A program made the position numbers and the translations under genes. Of a stretch of 64,000 nucleotides of DNA, positions 12,701-24,700 are shown one piece after another (the stretch's first letter is position 1; each line of letters starts with the position of its first letter). The stretch comes from Callorhinchus milii (taxonomy: Eukaryota), in contig NW_024704742.1 in the NCBI RefSeq assembly GCF_018977255.1, positions 97,342,001 to 97,406,000 of the forward strand, read 5' to 3'. The notes beneath the pieces are model-generated. The model saw only the letters and a program-made list of their open reading frames with translations, was not told where the DNA came from and ran no database searches.

Positions 12701-15700
12701 CCTTTGTCTGCAGAAGATTAGTTATGAACAAAAGCGTGTGTATTTGGATAAAGCTTGCGGAATTTTATATGACCACAATAATGTTCAAAATATTTGTTAT
12801 GAGTTATACTGTATTCTATTATTTGTTTTAACTAAAGGGCAAAAGGGGAAGCTCAACCAGGATTGGTGCTGTCAACATAGGACACAACAACACAATAAAT
12901 TACACTTGTATAGCGCCCTTCATGTCAGAAAGATGTCCCAAGGTACTGGACAGTCATGGGTTTTTGGACCCGAGCTGCCGTTGGGTCAGGAGGGGTGCAG
13001 GGCAAGGATGGCAGGGGGGTAATGGAGGGAATGCAAGGAGAGAGAATTAATAACCACTGAACTAATAGAGAAATGAGGGAGAACAAAAGGAATGAGGGAA
13101 ATTAATGACAGGAAGCACTGCATAGAAAGAAAGGGAAGTGAAATGTATAGAAACATGGGAAAGAGCATGAAACACTCTCGACGGTTAAGCAGGTAAATTG
13201 GAACTTAATGGATTGATCTTTAAAATAGCCAACACACACATGATAGTCTGAATGGCTTTCTTCTGTCCTGTAAATTTCTATGGTTCTAAGTACAGAGAGA
13301 ATAAAAAAAAGCAAATCAAGTCCTTTTCCTGAAATATTATTCATGAGTTTGCTGCCAGCCTTTGAAAGATATATTCCTTCAGTTTTTCTTTTAGCAAGGA
13401 TTGAAAAATATTCTGGTTCTCTCTCTAACCATGTTCAGTCAAGTTTATATTTATGGAGCTGTTTAGAGAACAAAGCGGAGACTTGTATCACAAATCAATG
13501 CATGATAAATGAGGCCAAATACAATAATTCATGTTTTTTGGGGGGGGAGGGGTGGGGTAGTCAGCCAGGTGTCCGACACATGTGGAAACCCATTACCATG
13601 CTTAAGAGTGGGCTGACTCCCTACCCCAGTGACTAGTCTGCCCTTCTAGGTACTGACGATGAACCAGGCTGGCTGTACTGTCATCAGCAGTGCCCTGGAA
13701 TACTGTGGACCTGCCTGGTTCAGGAACTGGACTCCGAGACCACCACAGATGTTGGCTCGATTCCAACATTCCATTGCCAGGCTTGTCACCTTGGAGCCTG
13801 TTCAGCTCCAAGTAGATCCCGCTTACCTCCCACCCCAACGAGCATAGTTATTATTTGGTTGTTCCACATCTGACAAGAGCTGGGTTAAACTTCATTAGGT
13901 GGATGGTTTGGTACACAGAACTCCTTGTAAGCTTCTCGGTGGGTAACGTATCTCAGCATGAAATGTGTGAGAGCATTGCCACCATCATCCTTTCCGCAGC
14001 TCAGGCACATGTCCCTTCCCATTAAACGGTTGTTCCACCAATCCAATTGTAGTTGCGGAGTTTAAGCAGCAGGTGCTGGGCTCTCTGCAGGCCAGTTAAG
14101 GTGGATTCCAGACCCTGGACATCTGACCTTGTGTTCATGAATTTGAACTCCAGGTAATGCCTTCAGCAGTCGTTGCCACAAGCCTCAGAGTTTCCTCATC
14201 AGCTATCTGGCGAGCAGTTGCCTTCAGTGTGGTGGGTGGACCTTTTACAGGACAGCTTGTGACATGCCAACCACCTTGATGTTCTTGAGGTCCAAATCCA
14301 ATGCTGTATACCAGGCTTACTCAGCACCAGCTGCTCAATCAATTGCATTTAGGACTTGCATATGGTGAAGGTCTGTTCCAAATTTACAATTTATCATTTG
14401 CAGCCTATATTCTTGTAACTTAACATTAAATATATTGCATTTGGCAACTTGGATAATAAATGCATTGATATCTAAATGTTTTCAAATGTAATTATTAAAA
14501 ATCAATTTAAAATGGGAAACCATGATCATTCTAGTGAGGGATAATGTCTGGAAGAACAGTAGTGTTATTGACCCAGTGATGTTACCCAGATAACTCAGCC
14601 TTAAGATATTCTGGCTGCAAATAATGTCAGCGCACTGTGTCAATAAATACAATAGGAAAATCATATCAACTTTCCAACAATTTTCTCTGTTAAAATCTAT
14701 GGCGCTGTTTTAGGGGGAAAAATTACATGCACAGATGAGCCAAGAATTCTTCAAATAAGACATATTGTCTCAGTCAGTGGGAAGCACTGTAGAAGTTATG
14801 TGTATGTAAGTAAAATAAATCACTTCTTCGGTGTCTTAGATGGGACTTTTGAATGACATGGTGACCAGTTGCCATCTGTCTGTATTTCATTCTTTCTTAG
14901 ATTTCATTGGGAAACCACTTACCAACCTGATATATGAACATCTGACTGTTCAGCACTTTGGGACGTCCTCCCGATGTGAAAGGCGCTCTATAAATGTAAT
15001 TTTGTTGTTGTTGTGATAATATCTTCAGAATTTTTAAACCCAGGCATGGGATTGTCCCCAACCATCTGAATTGACTTGTTTATCCCATGAATATCCTTTA
15101 GCTCAATGGGACTTGTTGGGTACTGATGACAATTTGTACCATTGATAGTGTTGTTTCACATACCTGATGTATGTATACCAAGGAAAGAAAAATCAAAATT
15201 AAGCCCTCTGAGATAGTGGTGGTATTAGAATGGGAATCATGACTGTTTACAGAACTTACATATATGGTTTGCACACCCTATTGTAGACATGGTGGATCGG
15301 TATTATTAGACCTAGGAAGTACATAATATTGAGATTGGAACAGGATTACTGCATCTTTTACATTCTATATTATTTATACCAAAATAAAAAAAGTGCAATT
15401 TCAGTGGTACAAAGCTCATATATCAAATCCGATTTACTGAGAACTATTCACTGAATTTAAACAAATACTTTCCATGTTCTTTTACTAATCATGAAAATAT
15501 GATAGTTAAAAAAATTATTTTCACTTGCTAGACAAAATAAATTTTAGTGAATTAATATTTTACAAATGTCTAGTTTAGGCACACAAAAAGGCACACAAAA
15601 ATATTTTGTCCATGCCTACCCAGAATACAGGTGCATTTTAAAATGTATTTTATTTTGAGTTCATTTTTTATGCAGCAGCAACTTTCTGTCCATGTCAATA

Positions 15701-18700
15701 AATTCCTGAGAGACAGTACATATTTTATTTTAAAAAAATCTGAGGGAAAGTCAGGTGATATTTATTTCCAGGAACCAAGGCCAAGTGGTCCAACTGCTAC
15801 CCTGATTGAATTCAGCTAACTCAGCCCAGATTGGGACTTCACCTTGTCATTTTGATTTGCATGGTTTAGTTCAACAATCAACTGTACCTATAGCTACAAG
15901 AGAATCAGAGAAGCAGGTCATTTTAATTCAATTTTAAACTACAAGAGGCAAACTACAGGGTGAAACCTTGGGCAAGTTTCCTTACTCCACACGCCCAATA
16001 ATAATCCCTCAAGAAAAAGAACAATAATAAATTGGTCACTTCAATCCACGACTTTGTGGGACACTGCTGTGTGCAATTGGCTGCCGCATTTCGCCCACAA
16101 AATGTACAATCGGTTCACTTTTCAATATATTCTGTGAAGCGCTTTGAGATGTCTAGAAGACGTGAAAAGCGCTATGTCAATTGCAAGGATTATTATATTA
16201 TTATATAAGAGTGCACCAACACTTGAGGACATAGGTTCAGAATTACAAAGGGCAATTTCAGGGCTGACACCAGAAAGTACAAAGGGTGATTAATGATTGG
16301 GACATGTTACCAAGAAAGCTTCTTGAAGCCAGAATGTTGGATTTATTTAAGAAACAGTTTGATATTGTAATGGGAAGATGGTAGGTGGGTATTCTGGATC
16401 AAATGAACCAAAGGCCCCCCAACGTGAAAGATGCTGTACAAATGTAATTTTGCTGTTGTTGTTATTAACCAAACCTCGCTTGTGTCATCTTAAAACAAAA
16501 GATTACATGAAAAATATTTCAATATTTTATGCAACTCTTCAGCTGCAAGCCACTGCAGATTTTATTTAGATTTTAGCATTTGGTGTAAGTAAATAATGAT
16601 ACACAGGCTTAAAATGAAAGTTAATATGTTGAAAAGGGACAGGCACTGTTTGCTTGCAAACAAGACTTTTTTTTGCTTTCAACTCTGTCGAATTTGAATG
16701 TTGGCCAAAGAACACAGTGATGAAATTGACCAGGAAGCAAAGGAAGGTAAGCCTGATTTTTCTGCTGTGGCAGCACTGCGTGTTGATGTCTGGCCAAAGT
16801 GCTTCCTGGATAAATACAGTGCTTCTGCTGAATCATAAAGCAAGGGTCATCACATATTTCAGCGGTCTCTGTAAACCAATTTACTTTCACTAATGGTCAT
16901 GATGGTCAGTGATCTGTTATTTGATAAAGGCATTGATTTGTGTGCTGTTGATTCCTTGTTTTATTTTGGAAGCACCAAGTTTGTTGGTTTTAAATTCAGT
17001 GAGTGAAGACAGGGAAAATGTGAAGAGGACTATCTTCATAAGTGGTTGCCAGAACCTTTTTTTTCTTGCAAACACACAGCATAACCACATATGTTGTGAC
17101 ACCCCACCATTTATGCAAGAACATAAAACATAGCTCTTTTATCCTTCATGCAAACAGAAAAGGTATTGGCAAATACTTTTTCACAGAGATAGTGTCACTT
17201 TAAAGGACCATATGTGCATATTTTATCTGACGCACTTGTAAGGTAATTTTATTTGTGGCTAATCATCAGGATGTAATAAATATTATTGCAGAATGGAACA
17301 CTTTATACTTTATACTTGATGCCATGTGGTCAGCAAGTACTCCTGGATCAAGTAAAAGACAAATTATATTCAGGGTAAAATGCTACAGCAGCCTTTGATT
17401 AAGCTCTTGTCAAAATGCAAATACAGCAATTATAAATTGAAATTGAGGTGAATTTAGTGATGCAGTTGATATTTAGCAAATCAGAGGTGTGAGAAGTGGA
17501 CCCCCAGGTACCGCCATTTATGTGTGTGTGTGTGTGTGAGAGTGTGGGGGGGCTAGGTGAGTGTGTATGTGTGTGTGTGTGGGTGAGTATGTGTGTGCGT
17601 GTGGGTAAGTGTGTGTTCGTGTGGGGAGAGGAATTTGACTCACACCCATAGCCTCAGTCCTTGCCAGGCTCCGCTGGCTCCCTGACCCATCTTCAGCAGA
17701 TCGATTTTTAGGTCCTCGCTCTCACGTACAAACCCCATCATGTGCGAGCATCTCTCTATCCCACTGATCTCCTACTCCACTGCTTTGCTCTTCTCCTCTG
17801 CTTGGCTAGCTCAAGCTTGCTGCATATCCCCTGCATTATCCCTTGCCAAGCTTTCAGATTCTATGCCTCATCCTCTACATGTTCTTCTCTCTAACTCTCT
17901 CCCTCATTTCCCCCCCCACCCAATTTGCCTTCAAGTCCCACCTTAAAAACCTACCTCTTCAACTGTGCCTATGGTTGACAACCTCTTCACTCCTCTCCAC
18001 TATTTTCTGTTCAGATTTGACCCCATCACTGTAAAGTGCTACAAGACATTATTCGATGAAGGCCACTATATAAATGCAAGTTGATGCCATTGCTTTTCAG
18101 GGCAGTTTTGATGTTATAAATATTGAAGGTATCCTTAGCTTTATCCTATTTACCTCTATAAAGAGTTGGGTAACCAACAACCAGGGAATCAATGCAGGGA
18201 GAAGGAGATAGAATTAGATAATGCCGGGACAAATTGTGCAATTTTTACTGATGGGAAGACCAAGTCAATAAAGGCTGAAAGGCTATTTCACAATTCAATA
18301 CTGCTGACTGTGATAGTCCCCATCCACCTGAAAGTTGCAAGCTCTTCATTCATCGACTTGGTAATCTGATCTGTGGTGAAGCAAACTCGTCTCAAAGAGA
18401 CGTAAAGGACCCTGTGGAAGAGTAGAACTCTTCAATAAAGTGTGGGATAGCATAATACTGTAAACTGTTTAAATGATATGCAAATCCTATTTGTGGCCAC
18501 TGATGGAATAGTTTAATTTTGGGGCAAGTGCAGTCACATTTCTTAGCTTTGTTCAGTTGATTCCACTTCAACTTCTGGATCAGAAGGTTATGGATTCAAC
18601 CGCCAGTTTAGGATTTTGTGCTCAATCTTATCTGACATTCCAGGCAACTGTTGAAGGAGTGTGAAGTGCCACTTTCATACATTTTGACGTCAGTTTTGTA

Positions 18701-21700
18701 GACGCTATATCAATGTTATTTTTATTTCAGTACATTTAAAGATCAATCGACAAGTTGGCTTACCTACTATATACCAAGCTCTGTCCTCTCTTTACATGAA
18801 GGAAATATGGCTGCATTGTCTGGCTTCCTTAATGTTAAAGCTGGATCAATCCTTTGTGTGTTACTGGTGCTTAAGTCAAAATTCCTGTTTAAGGCAGCAG
18901 TATTAAAATCCCACAGCCATCTCTGGTTGTACCTTGGTTTAAGAAATGGCAAAAAACTTTTGACCCTAATTGCATTTTCTGCATCAGATGTCCTTTGGGG
19001 GTCTGAAAGAGAGGCCAATGCTGTTACATTTTAGAGTCCTGTAGCGTATTGGTTATTGCACTCGCTTCACGAGAGGACTTGGGTTTGATTCTTGGGCAGG
19101 GCGAAACCTTAGGCAAGTTTCCTTACTCCATATGCCCCTGTTTACCTAGCAATAAGTAAGATCCTGGTCATTAGTTGATTGGCAGATTGCTTTTGATTAA
19201 GCTCTTGTCAAAATGCAAATACAACAATTATAAATTGAAATTGAATTGAAGTTAATGATCTAGTCGATATTTGGGAAATCAGATGTGTGAAAAGTGGACC
19301 CCCAAATGCTGCCATTTGTGTGTATTTTGAGTAATAATCCCTTCAAAAAAAAATAATAATTTGGTCATTCAATCCACGACTGTTTGTGGGACACTGCTGT
19401 GCGCAAAATATACAGTCAATTCACTTTACAGTATATTCTGGGAAGCGCTTTGAGATGCCTTGAACACATGATAAGTTGCTATATCAAATGCAAGAATTAT
19501 TATTATTGTCTTATATCATTAGTTATCATGACCCAACTGTGCAGCGCCTTGGGACGTCCTCCTGACGTGAAAGGCGCTTTATAAATGGAATCTTGTTGTT
19601 GTTGTTGTTGTATCAGATTGTGAGTCCTCAAATTCATTTTACTTGGTATCTGTCTAGCAAGGACAGAGAGTGAGGAAAAGAAATAAAGAGAAATAAGTAA
19701 TCAATCTGGGTTCAAGTGAAACCCAGGTCAAGGAGCTGAAAGAACAATGTCCTAAATGTGTCATTGAGTAGTTCAATAAATAAAAGGTTAGATTTTCAAG
19801 GCTTGTGGAATATTTGTACCTAATGGCTCAGTTGAGTTAACAATTCATGCATGATCAAACTGCCAGTATTGTCAATAGGATATAAATTGGACAGCCCGGG
19901 TCTGTATTCTGCTTAAACCAGAGTTTTTAAAAAAAGAATTGTAGATTAACTTTACCTTCAAGTGCAAAGGTTATGAAAGCTTTATGCTCCTTTGTGGTGT
20001 GGTTCCAATGGAAGTGCCGTTGAGACCAATATTGTACGATTTGAATGAAAATTGCCTCTATACTTTGAATATTTTTAAATAAGTAGTTTATTAAGTTTGA
20101 ATATGTTTTCCAATGAAAAATGAAAAATATTTCATGGAATCACATGGCACATTGTTGATCTGGATTCTCTTTTTCCATATTTGGTAATTTTGAGTCAGGA
20201 TTTTGTCAATTGTGGTGTCCCCCAAGTAATATTGTTACATTATACTTCATTTGTAGTTTACTACATAAATATATTGATAGAAATGAGAATAATGGTGCAA
20301 ACATTTACCTGAGTCCTGTAGCTCAGTGATTAGAGCACTTGCCTTGCAAGCGAGTCACCTGGGTTCAATTCCCGGCAGGGTGAAACCTTGGGCAAGTTTC
20401 CTTAATCCACACGCCTGATATTAAGCCCTCTAAAACAAAACAATAATAAATTGGTCATTTTCAATCCACGACTGTTTGTGGAACACTGCTGTGCGCAATA
20501 GGCTGCTGCATTTTGCCCACAAATATACGGTCAATTCACTTTACAGTATATTCTGTGAACCGCTTTGAGACATCTAGAAGATGTGAAAGGTGCTATATCA
20601 AATGCAAGGATTATTGTTATAAACATTCCTATGTAACTCAGAAGACCCCTTTTATAATTTTAAGGATCATCATATATCGATGACCAAGAAATAACCATCT
20701 CTTATCTAACATCTTTATATTGAGGAATCTTATTAAAAAGATTTATTTAAAGTATGACTTTTTTAATAATTGCTGCATGAAAAAGCCCCAAGTCTCAGTA
20801 TTGCTTAGTTGCCAGAATCTTAGTCAAGATATTGCACTGATATATATATTTGATTGGCATTTAACTGACAAGATGCTGTCACAAACAGTGACCTGAGTTT
20901 ATTTGCTATGTTGCTTATTTAAATGTTAATATTTCATAACTGCTGTTATACACGCATGCACCTTATGCAATGATGCCCACCTGTTACTGTATAGCAATTG
21001 GATGAACAAAGATTAAATTTAAGTTGTGTTTGTCGCGAGGCATTCTCTAAATGTGTTTGTCTGAGTCATTATAATATTATACCTAGACTATAATGAATAA
21101 TAATAACTCTTGTGTTGACATAGTATCTTTTCAAGTTGAGAAGACTTAAAATGCTTCGCAGGAAAACTGACTGACCTAAGGTCATTTTTAAGGTTGACTT
21201 CATTGTAGCTAGATTGTTGTAAACGGGATGAGGAACAACAGGTGATGGCAAGCTGCAGCATTCATGAGGCACGTTATGAAACGTTATGAAACTGGATATG
21301 ACCTACTGTAGTTTCAGCATTTCAGCACTCTTGAGTTGCTACCCCATGTGGAGATCACTGTATAAATACAAGTTGTTGTGGTTGTTGTAACTGCGAGATT
21401 CAAGGACGTTATTTCCTTCTCTGATCAGTTTTGCTTTCTGTTGTAGTTCCTTTTTGGGTGTTCTGCCCAGTTTTGGGACCACTCAGTTTTTAATGTGTTA
21501 ATAACTATTGATAAAGCTTCATTGAGTAGAAATTTATTTCAAAAACTAAACATTTGTAGACATTTGCATTTAATTAAAGTATTTAAAAATGAAACATTCT
21601 CTCTTTTGCTTAACACCGTGTTCTGGGACTCCATTGAGGACAACCACATCCAGTGGGGAACCCTTTTAAAATACAACACAATAGAATTTACATTTATGTA

Positions 21701-24700
21701 TCGCCTGTCACGTTGAGAGGATGTATCAAAGCGCTTCAAAATACAATATGTCATCCAATCCCCTTCTTTCATACCAGCTGGCCAGTGCCTTTTGAAAGCA
21801 AATCTTTTTCGTATACCGTATTTGGATACAGTAAACAAATGTCGCCCTGACTTAGTAGTTGGTATTATTCTCGCCTCTCGAGTCGGAAGGTTGTCATTTC
21901 AAGTCCCACAACAGGACGTTGAGCTCACCATCTAGTCAGACACTTCATTACAATGTTGATATGGTAAAGCAAGATCGTCTGCAGGTTCATGTAGACTTAA
22001 AGATGCCAAGATTTGGAATGAGGAGTTTTTCCTGGTGCCTGGCCAACAACCCCCCAGATAAAATTGGTCATTTACTTCAGGGATGGCCAACTTGTGACCT
22101 GTGTGACTATTTCATATATGTGTATTGTGGCCCGTGAGTTAGCCAACCCCGATTTACTTCATGGGTGTTTTGGGGACATTGCGATGTGCAAATTGACTGC
22201 TGCATTCATTTGCAAAATGCATGATCAGTACACTTCCCAGTATATCCTGTGAAACACTTTTTAGATGTCCTCCAGACGTGAAAGGTGCTTGATCAAATAT
22301 AAGGATTAGTATTATTATATGAGATTTTTTTTACATTGATCGCGAAGAGCCTAGATACTGGTGCAAGCAACTCAGAAACCTTCAGGCTTGCTTCTCTCAG
22401 AGAAGTAAGAATAGGATTCTTAAGGATTTTGTTTCCTTTCTTCTGCACTTGTAAAATGTTTTCGAATGAATTGACTTTTATGTTTTGTTTACCAAACAGA
22501 AAAAAAACTGCCTTTAAAAGATGCAATGCCTTGTTTTCCATTTTTCTGCCATTTTCTTCCATTCTATTATTTTCTCCCCCCTGCAAAGCGCATTCTTCAA
22601 CTTTAAGGGCCTGTTCCTAAAACTGTAGTACTGAAGACTTTCTCCTGGTGCAGGCATATTTTAATTCTGACTCGGCATTTCTTCAGGAAGCTGCCTGTGT
22701 TACTGAATCTAGTATCTGAGTGCAGTAGTTTACTGCAGCCCATCATTTCATTGCTGTTTGTGGGACATTGATGTGCACAGTTGGTCTGCCACATTCAACT
22801 ACAATCACTTCACATCACTGTAAATTCTATCCCCTTTGGGAACTCCTCCTGATGAAAAGCTGCTATACCAAATGCAAAGATTATTATTATTTCTATTATT
22901 GTTTGAACCATTCAGTTATTATTATTTATAACATAATGAATCTCCATTCTACTAATTTGAACTGCTTTGCATAAGAAATATCAGATATTTTTAATACAGG
23001 ATATCGTCTATAATACATTTGATTTCGTTTTGTATAGTTCATAGAATTGCATTTACAATATTATAAAGATGAGTGAAACACTTTAAAGGTCACACACAAA
23101 AGTTGTGATATAAATTTGTTGGATTATACTTGCTTGTATAAATTCAATTTAAGAATAGTAAAATCAAAAAGCTTTTTCAATAAATTAAGACCCTTTACTT
23201 AAAGAATGGGCAAATAAAATGAACTAGGTAAATCAATGACAAACAAGTGCCAATAGCAAAACTGCTACTATAAACCATAAATAATGCAAACTAAGCTCTT
23301 TCCTTCACTCTATGCATTAAATATTGTTCTTCAGGGAACCAATTAAAAGTATTGAAAATTTGGAAGCCAGCCACATGAAATATAGAGAAACCCGTCAATA
23401 TCAGGCTTACTCAGCAGATTTCAGTAAAATCTCTGGTCTAAAACCCCTTTGAATTTGAACCAGAAATAAATTAGTCAGGGTGTATCTTCACAAGACAAAC
23501 TAGCCACTACTGTCACATTGAAGGACAAGGTCGATGTAGGACCTCAGTGCCAAATGTACCAGAATTTGCTATGTGTATTCTAGGGCATTAGCAGCATGAG
23601 AAAATTGATGTGTTTTGTGGCAACCAAATTACCATTTTATGACCCATTTCAAAGGGACAGGGCTATGAAGATTGGTCACAGTTTTTTTCTGTTGAACAGA
23701 GAAGAAGGGGCTAGGTGGCAGCAGTTAGATAGAAGAGCAGTGTAACTCTCTAAACCTACATGATGACTTCTCTGCTTGGGCTCCAAAGTCCAAGTGGATG
23801 TGGGGCTTGCAAATCCAGCTATGTGCCTACATGTAGTTACATAGGACACAGTTTTCTCACTGTGGCTAAATTGTGGACCTGGTAACCATGTGTGCAACTG
23901 ACCTTGTTCTTGCCCGTAGCATGACCTGTTTATTCAACAAAATATAATATAAGGATAGAGTCAAATATCAACAGAAAGTCATAGAGAGTAAGAGAGATAG
24001 AACGTTAATCAAAGAGAGACACTCAGAGAAAGGAAGAGAAAGAAAGAATATTGAGCGGAAATGAGAGAGAGCGAGAGAGTACGGTTGGCACATTTCTTTA
24101 GTCACAGTATATGATTCTTGATGGAATTTTTTTCGCCCAGAAAATACACAGTCAAATCACTTTACAGTATAACCTGTGAAGCCTTTCGAGATGTGTCAAC
24201 GAAGTGATAAGGCGCTATATTAAATGCAAGGATTATTATTATTATTTAGCACTGAAGCTAATTTGTATTTTGTTTCATGACCAATAAATCACACAATTTG
24301 CTTGTCCACTATGGGATTCCTTCCACTTAATCCGTAAAATCAGATCTAGTTAAGATTTCAAAGAGTTTTTGAAACCTGGATTATGTTAGTTTTCTGCCTG
24401 AGTGAAAAATGTAAAAACTGGAGCTCATATCTTTAAAACAGAAAGGGAAATGTAAGCAACATTTTTTTAAACAAAAGAAATGACAGAAACATAGAAGAAA
24501 ATGCCAGCACAGGTGATAGAACAAGAAACTATAAAGGGTTTCAGAAAGGAAATAGGAAGGTTTGTTTTGCTTATGCAAAACAAAGGGTAGGACTGGCAAT
24601 GTTTTCATTGCTAATTGGGCCTTTCACTTTTGAGAATGCATTGTATGAAAGAATAGCTTTAATTTCAAAATTATTCCAATAGTGTACAGCTGACCATAAA

